From assembly GCA_944389945.1 (NCBI GenBank), contig CALXOF010000012.1:1261-65260 (forward strand): a DNA stretch of 64,000 nucleotides, in the 5' to 3' direction. Below, in pieces: positions 30,260 through 42,031 of the stretch. The position numbers and the translations under genes were made by a program. This stretch comes from an uncultured Kiritimatiellota bacterium (GTDB lineage Bacteria; Verrucomicrobiota; Kiritimatiellia; RFP12; DVOR01). Position 1 is the first letter of the stretch. Each line of letters starts with the position of its first letter. The notes under the pieces are model-generated. The model worked only from the letters and a program-made list of their open reading frames with translations. It had not been told where the DNA came from and made no database searches.

Positions 30260-32446
30260 ATGCACCTCCTCCGCCCCCTCCTCGCCACCCTAGCCCTCTC
30301 CCTCACCCTCCCCCTCTCCGCCGCGCCAGAGGAGAAGACTGTTTACGTCAATACGGAGCCTCATGTGGTGCCGGCAGGAGAGAAAAAGAACTTCACGGAG
30401 TATATAAAGAAACCTCAAGATTATGACGTTGAGGATTCCTTCTTTTGGTTCCGTCTAGAAGATAACGCAATATTAAAGCTTGATCTGCCAGGTGGTTGTC
30501 GACACGCAACAGTTTGTATTGAAACCGCCGCAGACCCAGACCACCCTGCAGAGGTGCATTTTATTAGTGGATACAACCTATTTACCCCCATTATCTTCAA
30601 ACATGCTGATAACACCCCGGATGGTACGCTTGCCCTCTATTCTTCAACATGGAAACAGAAGAAAGCGGACGAGAACAATGACAACTCGGTGCCGATGTGG
30701 AAACCTGCCTCCGTCAAAGTAGACTGTAACCTTACCTTCCGCTCCCCCTTGCCAGTCGCTGGAAATGGTGATGCCAATGTTGACGAAACCTTCACCATCC
30801 CCTCCGGATGCACCTTCCGCCTTGAGGCCTATTCCGAAAACCCAAATCAACTCCCCGAAATCGCCTTCGCTGATGAGACCTCCACCCTCGTCTTCGCCTT
30901 AGGTGATAATGTAACAGCGTCAGATGAGAGTCTCGAGTTGCCAGAAAAGTATCGCAAGCTCCTTACCTCCTCACCAAACCGTTTTATCTTCGAGCGCGAC
31001 ACAACCATCTCTCCTCAACTCACTTTTACAGATTCCCCAACATTGGAAAGCAATGGTGCACGCGTGGTCTTCTCTGCCCCCACGCAATTCGATGCTGACC
31101 TCCCCTCTTTCATTGTTAAAGGCTCTGATGCACAATTAGCTTTCGTGAAGTCTTCAGTATTTAACGGAAACTCGCCATCCTTCATTGTAGAAGGGAAGGA
31201 CGCACAATTAAATTTTTTGACGGCTCCAAAGTTCAACGGAAGCAAACCATCCTTCATCATAAAAGATGGCGGCGCACTACAAGCAAACCACGCGCACTTT
31301 TCAACCGTGACCATAAAAAATGGAGGAAAACTCAATCAACTAGACGCACTTGATTGTCTGACAGGATTTGGGCTTGTAGATATTGACTACGAAACAGAGT
31401 TCATTGATCCCATTTATACCACCATAAATACCATCTATGTCGATTCAGGAGACGAACTCTCTGTTACAGGGAATTGTATTAAAGACGTGCAAAAGATTAC
31501 GGGAAGTGGCACGCTTCTTCTCGCATCTGTCAACACAGACAGCGGTTATTATGGATGGGCAGAGCTAGATGCAGCCCTACGCCAGGGGAAGTTCTCTGGA
31601 ACATTTACATCAACGGCTGTCACTCTATTCACTGACATCGATTTCACCCAAATCAAAGAAAACACCTTTGACTATATCTTCAAGCCTTATATCCCTTCTG
31701 GCATCCTCGATGACGCCGTCATCAAAATCAAGATACGCCTTGATCAATATGACAACATGAAATTCCTATGGCCGACAAAGAAACTCGATCAGATTACTTT
31801 TACGCTTATCGAGTCAGGCTCTTTCCAAGGCTCGGCGACGGTGCCGGCCTTCCCGGAAGAACTCGAGTGCTTTACCCTTCTGAGCGCGGACGGAGAAGAA
31901 ATCCCGTGTCAGGTTGACTACGGCACAGAAACAAACATCCTGACCTGGACGCCAACAGTAATCGGCTTCGCAGGTTTGCCGGAAGCACTGAACCAAAAAC
32001 TGATGGCCGAAATCCAAGAAGGAATGACCGCCGGCAAAGTCACGGGCAAACCCATAAATGAGGCGACAGAGGCCCTACAATCTTTCTCCGGAATCTATGC
32101 GTTCGTTGCCAATCCAGAAAATCCAACGACCGTGACAGACCTCCATGTGGGCTACGACTTCGGCATTTCCCGCCTGACCTTTGTCGATGGCGGCAAGAAC
32201 ATCCTTGTTGAAGTCTCGCTTTCCTCAACCGCAAGCGATGCACCCGACTTCCTTGTGGCCCCCATCCTTGCCGTTAATGGCAAATCGCTTCCATCCCAGC
32301 CGCTTACCCCAGAAGAAATCGCCAAGCGTAAGCTCTCCGCGCCCACCGGCAAAGCCGTCCGTTGGTTCCTCATCCCCTACTCCACCCTCTCAAAGACCGG
32401 GAACCTCGTCTTCACCGTCTCCGCCAATCCGCCACAGGCGAATTAA
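30260..32446 (+). CDS. Secreted beta-rich surface protein with 24-aa internal repeats
   Basis: Signal peptide; PSFIVxGxDAQL repeats; body visibly lower in GC than neighbours. Confidence 0.75.
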   Translation: MHLLRPLLATLALSLTLPLSAAPEEKTVYVNTEPHVVPAGEKKNFTEYIKKPQDYDVEDSFFWFRLEDNAILKLDLPGGCRHATVCIETAADPDHPAEVHFISGYNLFTPIIFKHADNTPDGTLALYSSTWKQKKADENNDNSVPMWKPASVKVDCNLTFRSPLPVAGNGDANVDETFTIPSGCTFRLEAYSENPNQLPEIAFADETSTLVFALGDNVTASDESLELPEKYRKLLTSSPNRFIFERDTTISPQLTFTDSPTLESNGARVVFSAPTQFDADLPSFIVKGSDAQLAFVKSSVFNGNSPSFIVEGKDAQLNFLTAPKFNGSKPSFIIKDGGALQANHAHFSTVTIKNGGKLNQLDALDCLTGFGLVDIDYETEFIDPIYTTINTIYVDSGDELSVTGNCIKDVQKITGSGTLLLASVNTDSGYYGWAELDAALRQGKFSGTFTSTAVTLFTDIDFTQIKENTFDYIFKPYIPSGILDDAVIKIKIRLDQYDNMKFLWPTKKLDQITFTLIESGSFQGSATVPAFPEELECFTLLSADGEEIPCQVDYGTETNILTWTPTVIGFAGLPEALNQKLMAEIQEGMTAGKVTGKPINEATEALQSFSGIYAFVANPENPTTVTDLHVGYDFGISRLTFVDGGKNILVEVSLSSTASDAPDFLVAPILAVNGKSLPSQPLTPEEIAKRKLSAPTGKAVRWFLIPYSTLSKTGNLVFTVSANPPQAN

Positions 32447-32471
32447 AACACCCCCCTTTTACCCCGCTCGC

Positions 32472-32555
32472 GAGACCCTATAGTGGTCCGAGGTCAACCA
32501 CTATAGTGGTCGGGGTCAGACCACTATAGGGTCTCACCTCGAACCCTTAAGGGTT
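32472..32555. repeat. 23-bp-periodic CTATAG palindrome array (copy 2)
   Basis: Cores at 32478, 32501, 32524; CTTAAG at 32546. Confidence 0.9.
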
Positions 32556-32596
32556 TCTCCAAGCCCCCCTTCAGCCCCCTCCAGGAGATGCTGGAG

Positions 32597-32935
32597 CAAT
32601 ACTGCCCGGGGAAAGTTTTTCCGCAAAGACGATCTTGCGTGGAAACCCTGCGGGCTCCATCGCTCCCGTTGATCGCGCCGCCCTTGGGATTTCCACGCTA
32701 TCGCGCCCCTGAAGGGGCGCTCAAAGGAGGATTGGGAAGTTTAGAAGCTTGGAGGCTTGGAAGTTTGGTTTTGTTGGTGGGGCACTACCCCACACCTCGA
32801 CTTCTTATCTCACGGCGCGAAACGGAGGGCGGCGGTCGCGGTCAGCAGCGAAGCCGCAGAGCGACCGATGGAGCCCGAAGCGGTTCGCGCCTCCCCTCGC
32901 GTCTTTGCGGTCCCAATTTTCCCCGGACACTATTG
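32597..32935. mobile_element. Complete MITE with a 9-bp target-site duplication
   Basis: caatactgcccggggaaa ... ttttccccggacactattg, flanked by atgctggag / atgctgaag. Confidence 0.8.
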
Positions 32936-33157
32936 ATGCTGAAGATACCTTTATATATAAGGTAGGGATGAGGCTAAATGTGCCCGAGGAAATTTCCAAG
33001 GAAACACAAGTGTCGTTTTCTTGGAAGAGCGCTCAAGCGACTGGGATGCACAGGAGATGCAGAAACATCCCTGCGGGGTAACGAAGGAAACAAGGTGTCG
33101 GGCTCCAACCTCCTGGGCTCCTCTAAGCTTCCAAGCCTCCAAACTTCTAAAACTCCA

Positions 33158-33194
33158 ATAAAATCCCCCGGCCTGGTGGTCGGGGGCTTTTATT
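33158..33194. terminator. Probable bidirectional terminator downstream of gdhA
   Basis: taaaatcccccggcc..ggtcgggggcttttatt. Confidence 0.65.
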
Positions 33195-33320
33195 AGGGTC
33201 AGAGCCGGAGCAGTTGGCTTTCGGTCACGTTGTCGCCCGTTTGCGGGCGCTCCGTTTTCCGTGGAAGGTTTGCCCCTTCGGGCCTACACGCTCCGTTCTC
33301 CAAAAGGCGCAACGCGCCTC

Positions 33321-34763
<1,443 letters not shown>

Positions 34764-34778
34764 TCAGAGGCCCAAGCC

Positions 34779-36134
34779 TCACGCGGCTGGCGCCTGCGGC
34801 CACGGCTCACGCCGCACCGCATACATCAGCCAAATCAACGGAATCATATAAAGGCAATCCGTGAACACAAGGATTCGGAACGGATTATCCTCGAAGAAGT
34901 GATCGAAGTTGACAGAATCCAACGACAGGAGACTGATGGCGGAGATCCAATAAATCAAGACGCCCAGTGTGCAGACGACCGCGCCGATAATACTCGGCTT
35001 GGGAAGCCTCCAGGTCAGCAAAATGCCAAGCAAGAAGGTAACGGTCACAATGGTCGTGGGGAATCGACTCACATTCCATTGGATGACGCCAAACTCACGC
35101 AAATCCTTTCGCGCTTCGTCCAACTCCTTCTCGATGTACGATTCACTTGGGCCATAATACCCATAATAACCACGGTCATCGTCGCGTTCACGAATTTCCT
35201 CCAGGTCATCCTCGAGGTCTTCAACACGCTCTTCCAAATACTCTTTGCGCTCGCCCATTTGCGAGTACAGGAATGTCGAGAGGCCCAAAAGCGTGAAAAT
35301 CCAAATGGCGGCAAAGATGGTGAAGAGCATCAACGGAGCCAGTGAAGATTTCGTGTCGCAACGCCAGGGCGCGGTATTCTTTTGCGCAATCATCTGCGTG
35401 CCAAACAAAAACGTGAATGGCGGCAGAAGGGCGATACACCAGATGCAAAGCGGAATCACCACTTCCCATTCACGAGGAATGTCGTCAAACAGTTCCTCAT
35501 CCATCCCCATAAAGGCGACAGCGACAAGCCCCACCCAGAGGACGCAGAGGATGATGGAGAATACGTTGACTACCTTCGGCCCGACATCAGTTTCGCCAGG
35601 CTTAGGGGCAACCGTCCGCATACAAACCTGCAACATCATGCACATCAGCAGGAACGGCACCAACACCGTTGTAAGCAGATCGGCAACATTGAGCAGGGAA
35701 AAGTCGCCCCCTAGCATGCCCCCAGAGAAGCTAACACTCTTTGTGAAAAGGGCACCTGCCAACTGCATCAACAATAGCACCAACGTAATGCTGGCCAAAA
35801 CCAGGCGGCGCGTCAGATTACCCTCGGCAGGAGGAAGCGGATAAACGCTTGGCCGCGGCGCGGCATACATCGGCCTGGACTGGGGCGGAGGCGGGGGCGG
35901 GGGCGGAGTCGGCGAAGGCCGACGCGGGACCGGGCGAGGCCCATTAACGAAACGTGAGGCATAGGACGCTCCACGTGCGGTCGAGTGAGGCACCGCACCG
36001 GAAATCGGGGCTGGCGGCGGGGGCGGCGAAGGCGGCGTTGCGGCCCCCGTCATCTGCGTGGGCGCAGGCGCGCCACACTGCGTGCAAAACTTGCTTCCAT
36101 CTGGCACCTCTGCGCCACAACTTGTGCAAAACAT
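34779..36134 (-). CDS. Zinc-ribbon, Pro-rich, multi-TM membrane protein
   Basis: MFCTSCGAEV..FCTQCG, poly-Pro stretch, TM helices. Confidence 0.8.
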   Translation of the reverse strand: MFCTSCGAEVPDGSKFCTQCGAPAPTQMTGAATPPSPPPPPAPISGAVPHSTARGASYASRFVNGPRPVPRRPSPTPPPPPPPPQSRPMYAAPRPSVYPLPPAEGNLTRRLVLASITLVLLLMQLAGALFTKSVSFSGGMLGGDFSLLNVADLLTTVLVPFLLMCMMLQVCMRTVAPKPGETDVGPKVVNVFSIILCVLWVGLVAVAFMGMDEELFDDIPREWEVVIPLCIWCIALLPPFTFLFGTQMIAQKNTAPWRCDTKSSLAPLMLFTIFAAIWIFTLLGLSTFLYSQMGERKEYLEERVEDLEDDLEEIRERDDDRGYYGYYGPSESYIEKELDEARKDLREFGVIQWNVSRFPTTIVTVTFLLGILLTWRLPKPSIIGAVVCTLGVLIYWISAISLLSLDSVNFDHFFEDNPFRILVFTDCLYMIPLIWLMYAVRREPWPQAPAA

Positions 36135-36601
36135 ACCAACATCCTTTCTCTACCCGCTCCATTCGGCAGGATGCTGATACCCTAGCACACCTCTTCCCCC
36201 ATGTCAAACAAGCGTACAGTCCGGAATAGTTGGCGACACAGCGCACACGGAGAACAACAGAGAACCCCAGAGAAGGACTGTCCGTATTGGGAGCCGTAGA
36301 TTTGGGTAACTTAAGGGCGTGTTACCGCACGCAAGACTACTAAGGATTTTCAGCTCACAGAAAACACTGAAACCTGCACAACATGGGTAGTGAGAAAACT
36401 CATCAATACAAGTACTGAATAACGAAGAACGAGCCAGTCGGAATCGAATCTCAAGGGGAGAGGATAGGCACGGTAAATGGCAGAGCCTTCGCGTTTAGCA
36501 CCTAGTCCTCGAGTTGTTTGCGTCTTTGTCGCAAACGTTCCCCGAACAGTATTGATGGTACATGAGTAGTGTCCGAAGGAATTACAGGTCCCCCTGTGAG
36601 A

Positions 36602-37351
36602 TTAAGCCTCTCCATGCCAACGTTCAGTCCAAAGACGAGTGGAGAGGAGATAACGGTTTTGCGGGCGAAGGACGTGGCTACGAATAGTCTTGACAGGACC
36701 AAGACGGCACAAAAGCGGCAGATGCGCACAGATAGTTGCGGCAAAAGTAAGCACACGATTATAGACGCGGCCCAACCACCAATTGAATGACGAAATATCA
36801 CAGGCTTGCCGGATAGTAAGGCCGAATTCGTGACGGACGAAACCATACCACACACGCATGGTATCGCGGTAACCAATTTTCGGAGTAAAACGCAGATGTA
36901 GGAGCGGTTCGCCGATATAGTGAATGAGTGCCGGGCGATCGACGGTGCAGGCCTGTAAGGCATAGACACCCCAGTGCTTGGGAAAGAGGCGGATATGCCC
37001 GGCGCAGACCACGTTAAGCGCGGTTTCGTCAATGTAGGCGGGGTCTTTGTAGGCGCGCAAGAAGTCGAAGCAACGTTGCGTCACGTCATTGGCGCGCATC
37101 CACTTCAAGTTGAGAGCCATGAAGCCGGAGCAAATGTGGTTCTGGCGGTCTGCCTCCAAGCCATTGGCCTCGAACCAATCGAAAATAACCTTACGAACGG
37201 GCGAAAGTTTATCGAAGTCCCAATTCCGTGGACTAACGGATGGATTGAAAAAACCATTGAGAACAAGAGGATTGCCAACGAAGGAAGAGAGCGTTCGCGC
37301 CTAAAGTATCGATGGGATGGGATAGAAGTCGGATTGAGAAACGTTCTCGGT
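36602..37351 (-). pseudogene. GT8 glycosyltransferase remnant with an internal N-terminal deletion
   Basis: IDETALN, IHYIGEP homologous to 37488..38438. RBS+ATG near 37351 is followed by a stop; N-terminal half missing. Confidence 0.65.
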
Positions 37352-37395
37352 CATAGACCTTTCGTTTCGAATCCTCGTTACATCACAACTAGGGT

Positions 37396-38438
37396 CTAGC
37401 AATGCACGCATCTCTGCCACTTTCTTCGCGAGAGCAACCACCTAGTCCGCCCTCGCAAACGATGCCAATTCAGAACCTTGACTGCTCTTATTTGCCCCCC
37501 CCGGGCATCAACTGCAACACTACAGCAATACCAGTCAGACTCCGTGTATACAAACGCCCAAGTATCCATTTCCACTCTGGTACACCACAGGCTTCACGAG
37601 TTCCACATCCCAGCAATGCTTTGGCTGCAGTAACCCAAACGGCAATGACGTCACGATACCCGACCTTCGGAGAAAAGCGTAGGGCTCGTAAAGGTTCGGC
37701 AATATAGTGAATACATTTGGGTTTCAGAACTTCGCACGCATGCATACTAAACAAACCCCACTCATGCGGCAATAGGGAGATATGTCCCCGGCAAATATAG
37801 TTGATGGACATCTCGTCAATATAAGGCACACACTCGTAACTACGTAAGAAGTTCAGACACCTCGCCGTAAAATCAAACTCCCTCATCCACCGCAGATTGT
37901 AAACCAGGAAACCAGCGCAGACATAGACGGGGAAGTCTTCGTCCAAGCCATTCTCCGCACACCAACGCAGGCACCGCGAGACGCCTGATACTCCTTGATT
38001 TGAAATCTGTTCTTGTACATCCCACCCATATCCCCAAAGGCCAACGGAGGGGTCGAAGAAGTCCGTGAGGCTGAGGGGATCATCGACAAAGAGTGTATCG
38101 CCGTCGGCGTAGACACACCAATCCAAGTCGGTAAGAATCTCCGGAGGGCAGAGGCGAGCGTAAGTGGCGATGGAGCCTTTCCAAAGTGGGAGGCCTTCGA
38201 AACGTGAAACATCGATGGTATGGCGATAAAAGCGTTCCGACCCCGTGCGGCGCACCATGTCCGCACGCCAAGTCTCCCAAGCATCATCGGCAATACCACA
38301 GTCCAAAACATGAATAGCTAGGCGTGTGGAGTCACTCGTCTGCGCGAAGGCGCTACACACTGCGACTGCCGTCAAGAAGAGGTAATTCGCGTCCGAGGTA
38401 TAGACGAGATGGAGATCGGGTTTCGCTGTAGCGTCCAT
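37396..38438 (-). CDS. GT8 glycosyltransferase; C-terminus frameshifted at a G8 tract (stop at 37488 as sequenced, 37396 if G9)
   Basis: DANY, TYARL, YADGDTL, IHY. The shifted tail aligns with the paralog C-terminus. Confidence 0.85.
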
Positions 38439-38458
38439 AGTCGTACCGGGATGTCAGG

Positions 38459-38495
38459 AAAAGAAATCGGCGGCGGGCAATGCGGCCCGCCGCCG
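38459..38495 (-). terminator. Intrinsic terminator
   Basis: 11-bp stem cggcggcgggc/gcccgccgccg followed by a T-rich tract on the minus strand. Confidence 0.7.
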
Positions 38496-38512
38496 TGTTG
38501 GTGGCCGGTGCC

Positions 38513-40006
38513 TTACTTAGAGGCGAGGTAGGCGTTGATGGCCTTGGCGGCGCGGCGGCCTTCGCCCATCGCGAGGATGACCGTGGCCGCGCCCAGGACG
38601 ATGTCACCACCGGCGTAGACGCCGGGGATGGAGGTCGCTTGGTTAGCGTCCACCACGATGTGGCCCTTGCGGTCAATCTCCAGGCCGTCGGTGGTCTGGG
38701 GGATGAGGGGGTTCGAGGCGTTGCCGATGGCGATGATCACCGCATCCATGGGCAGGGTGAACTCGGAGCCCTTGATCGGCACGGGGCTGCGGCGGCCAGA
38801 GGCGTCGGGCTCGCCGAGCTCGTAGCGCAAGCACTCAATGGCGTTGACCACGCCGTTCTCGTCGCCCAGGATGCGCTCGATGTTACAGAGGAACTGGAAG
38901 TTCACGCCTTCTTCCTCGGCGTGACCGACTTCCTCGGCGCGGGCGGGCATCTCGGTGCGGCTACGGCGGTAGATGAGGTAGACCTCCTCGGCGCCGAGGC
39001 GGAAAGCCATGCGCGCGGCATCCATCGCCACGTTGCCGCCGCCGAGAACGGCAACGCGCTTGGCGGGATAGTAAGGCGTGGCGGCGTCGGCCTTGTCGTA
39101 GGCCTTCATGAGGTTCGCGCGGGTGAGATACTCATTGGCGGAGAAGACGCCCACGAGTTCCTCGCCGGGGATGCCCATGAAGCGCGGCAGGCCCGCGCCC
39201 GTGCCCACGTAGATGGCGTCGTAGCCGTCCTTGGCCATGAGGTCATGGAGCTTGCGGGTGCGCCCGACCACGAAGTTGGGCTCCACGTCCACGCCCATCG
39301 CCTTGAGGCCCTGGATTTCCTTGTCCACGATGGCCTTGGGCAGACGGAACTCGGGGATGCCATAGACGAGCACGCCGCCCGGCTTCTGGAAGGCTTCGAA
39401 GAGGGTCACGGCGTGGCCCTCGCGGCGCACGTCGGCCGCCACGGTGATGCCCGAGGGGCCGGAGCCGATGACGGCGACCTTCTTGCCGGTCTCAGGCTTG
39501 ACGGAGTTGTCGATGGGGGCCTCGGCCTCGTGGGCGCGCTGCCAATCGGCCACGTAGCGCTCCAGGCGGCCGATGGCGACGCTCTGGTTGACGTCCTTGT
39601 GGATGGCGCCAACGGTGCAGAACTTCTGGCACTGGTTTTCCTGCGGGCAGACGCGGCCGCAGATGGCCGGCAGGATGCTCGTGCGGCGGATAACGGCCAG
39701 CGCCCCGGCGTAGTCGCCCTGCGCGATCTGATGGATGAAGCCCGGGATATCAATGGCCACGGGGCAACCCTTCATGCAGGGGGCGTTCTTGCACTGCAGA
39801 CAACGGCTCGCCTCGACGCGCGCCTGGGTCTCGGAATAGCCCAGCGCCACCTCGTTCATGTTGCGGCGGCGCACCGAAGGCTCCTGCACCGGCATCTCCT
39901 GCTGCGGGAGGGCCGTGCGCTCCTTCGGCGAGAGCGTCTTGTCCTTGATGGCCGCCCAGGTCTCTTCCGCCCGGGCCTCAATCTCTTCCTTGGAAACAAA
40001 GCTCAT
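38513..40006 (-). CDS. gltA: NADPH-dependent oxidoreductase, NfnB/SudA-like (annotated glutamate synthase, homotetrameric type)
   Basis: RCLQC..C..GCP, CGRVCPQE, GSGPSG, YGIPEFRLP, GGGNVAMD. Confidence 0.9.
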   Translation of the reverse strand: MSFVSKEEIEARAEETWAAIKDKTLSPKERTALPQQEMPVQEPSVRRRNMNEVALGYSETQARVEASRCLQCKNAPCMKGCPVAIDIPGFIHQIAQGDYAGALAVIRRTSILPAICGRVCPQENQCQKFCTVGAIHKDVNQSVAIGRLERYVADWQRAHEAEAPIDNSVKPETGKKVAVIGSGPSGITVAADVRREGHAVTLFEAFQKPGGVLVYGIPEFRLPKAIVDKEIQGLKAMGVDVEPNFVVGRTRKLHDLMAKDGYDAIYVGTGAGLPRFMGIPGEELVGVFSANEYLTRANLMKAYDKADAATPYYPAKRVAVLGGGNVAMDAARMAFRLGAEEVYLIYRRSRTEMPARAEEVGHAEEEGVNFQFLCNIERILGDENGVVNAIECLRYELGEPDASGRRSPVPIKGSEFTLPMDAVIIAIGNASNPLIPQTTDGLEIDRKGHIVVDANQATSIPGVYAGGDIVLGAATVILAMGEGRRAAKAINAYLASK

Positions 40007-40015
40007 GGTGCTGCC

Positions 40016-40858
40016 TCACTTAGTCTTTTCTTCGGCCATGCGGAGGAGGTTGCAGTTTTCCTCGCGCTCGCGGGGGACGAAGGTGCGGTTGCGCTTCATC
40101 AGGTTGTCGAAGTCGACCTGGTGGGCATCAAACTCGGGGCCGTCGACGCAGACGAACTTGATCTTGCCGCCGACGAGGACGCGGCAACCGCCGCACATGC
40201 CGGTGCCGTCGATCATGATGGAGTTGAGCGAGGCGATGGTGGGCACGCCGAAGGGACGGGTGGTCTCGGCGCAGAACTTCATCATGATGGGCGGGCCGAT
40301 GGTGACGCACTCATCGACCTTCTCGCGCTCGCACACTTCCTTGAGGGGCTCGGTGACGAGGGCCTTGCGGCCGTAGGAGCCGTCATCGGTGCAGATGATG
40401 AGCTCGTCGGCGATCTTGCGCATGTCCTCTTCCATGATGAGGAGGTCTTTGTTGCGCGCGCCCATGATGACGATGACCTTGTTGCCAGCGGCCTTCATGG
40501 CCTGGGCGATGGGGTGCATGGGGGCGACGCCGATGCCGCCGCCGACGCAGACGACGGTGCCACGCTTCTCAATGTGCGTGGGACGACCCAGGGGGCCGAG
40601 GAAGACGGGCAGGGAGTCGCCCACTTCCATCATGGCGAGCTTCTTGGTGGAGAAGCCGACGGCCTGGAAGATGATGCGCACGTCGCCCTTCACGGGGTCG
40701 GCGTCGGCGATGGTCAGCGGGATGCGCTCGCCGAACTGCTCGTCAATCTGCAGAATGATGAATTGGCCGGCCTTACGCTCCTCGGCGATGAGGGGCGCGT
40801 GAATCCACATCGAGTAGACCTCGGCGGACAGCTGTTCCTTTGCGACAATCGGAAACAT
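40016..40858 (-). CDS. NfnA/SudB-like FAD/NAD-binding 2Fe-2S subunit
   Basis: ERIPLT, GPLG, GGGIG, DGTGMCGGCR..CVDGPEF. Confidence 0.9.
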   Translation of the reverse strand: MFPIVAKEQLSAEVYSMWIHAPLIAEERKAGQFIILQIDEQFGERIPLTIADADPVKGDVRIIFQAVGFSTKKLAMMEVGDSLPVFLGPLGRPTHIEKRGTVVCVGGGIGVAPMHPIAQAMKAAGNKVIVIMGARNKDLLIMEEDMRKIADELIICTDDGSYGRKALVTEPLKEVCEREKVDECVTIGPPIMMKFCAETTRPFGVPTIASLNSIMIDGTGMCGGCRVLVGGKIKFVCVDGPEFDAHQVDFDNLMKRNRTFVPREREENCNLLRMAEEKTK

Positions 40859-40970
40859 CGTTCTCTCCTTTTGGTTGCCCATCATTGTACCACATTCGCG
40901 GGGGGTTGCGGGATGGGTGGGAGGTGCGGTATACTAAAGCAGTCGTTTCAACTCACACGAAGGAACAAGC

Positions 40971-41891
40971 ATGAACAAGAAACCGACGCTTTTGATTCTG
41001 GCCGCTGGCATGGGCAGCCGTTATGGCGGGCTCAAGCAAATCGATTCCGTGGGCCCTTCCGGCGAGACCATCATGGATTACTCCATCTATGACGCCATCC
41101 GCGCGGGCTTCGACAAAATCGTCTTCATCATTCGCCACGACTTCGAGGAAGCCTTCCGCGAGAAGATTGTCGCGAAGTACGAAGGCAAGATTAAGATCGA
41201 GCTCGCCTTCCAGGACCCGCTCGACCTGCCCGCCGGCTGCACCTTCCCCGAAGGCCGTGAAAAGCCCTGGGGCACCGCCCACGCCATCCGTTCCGCCCGC
41301 AAGGTGATTGACGCGCCCTTCGCCGCCATCAACGCCGACGACTTCTATGGCGCGGACGCCTTCAAGCGCCTGGCGGAATTCCTCTCCAACGTCGACACCG
41401 AGTCCCGCCCCAAGCGCTTCGCGATGGTCGGCTACCGTCTGGACCAGACTCTCTCCGACAACGGCTCCGTGGCCCGCGGCATCTGCGACGTCGCCCCCGA
41501 CGGCAAGCTCCTGGGCGTCACCGAGATGACCAAAATCGCCAAGAAGCCCGACGGCGCCATCCAGAACGAGGAAGACCCCGCCAACCCCGTCCCGCTCAAG
41601 GGCGACAGCCGCGTCTCGCTCAACCTCTGGGGCTTCACCCCCGCCCTCTTCGACGGCATGGAGGAGCGTTTCGCCGAGTGGTTCCACGCCCACGAAGGCC
41701 AGCTCAAGGCCGAGTGGTACATCCCCTTCTACGTCGATGAGCTCGTCAAGGAAGGCCAGGCCACCGTGGACGTCCTCCCCACCGATAGCACGTGGTTCGG
41801 CGTGACCTACCGCGATGACAAGCCCATCGTGGTCGAGGCCATCAAGAAGCTCGTCGCCGCCGGCGAGTATCCCGCCAAGCTCTGGGCCTAA
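40971..41891 (+). CDS. Sugar-phosphate nucleotidyltransferase family protein
   Basis: LAAGMGSRYGGLKQ, KPWGTAHA, INADDFYG, WFGVTY. Confidence 0.88.
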   Translation: MNKKPTLLILAAGMGSRYGGLKQIDSVGPSGETIMDYSIYDAIRAGFDKIVFIIRHDFEEAFREKIVAKYEGKIKIELAFQDPLDLPAGCTFPEGREKPWGTAHAIRSARKVIDAPFAAINADDFYGADAFKRLAEFLSNVDTESRPKRFAMVGYRLDQTLSDNGSVARGICDVAPDGKLLGVTEMTKIAKKPDGAIQNEEDPANPVPLKGDSRVSLNLWGFTPALFDGMEERFAEWFHAHEGQLKAEWYIPFYVDELVKEGQATVDVLPTDSTWFGVTYRDDKPIVVEAIKKLVAAGEYPAKLWA

Positions 41892-42031
41892 GCGACCCTC
41901 CGCTTCTCCACAAAAGGGGACAGGCTCCGGCCCGTCCCCTTCTCGTTTCCGCGAGCCTCCGTTTTCCCAAGTGTCAGATTACGGGAAGGTGCGTTGCTTG
42001 ACGGCAAGGTGTGATAGAATAACGCGCCGTT

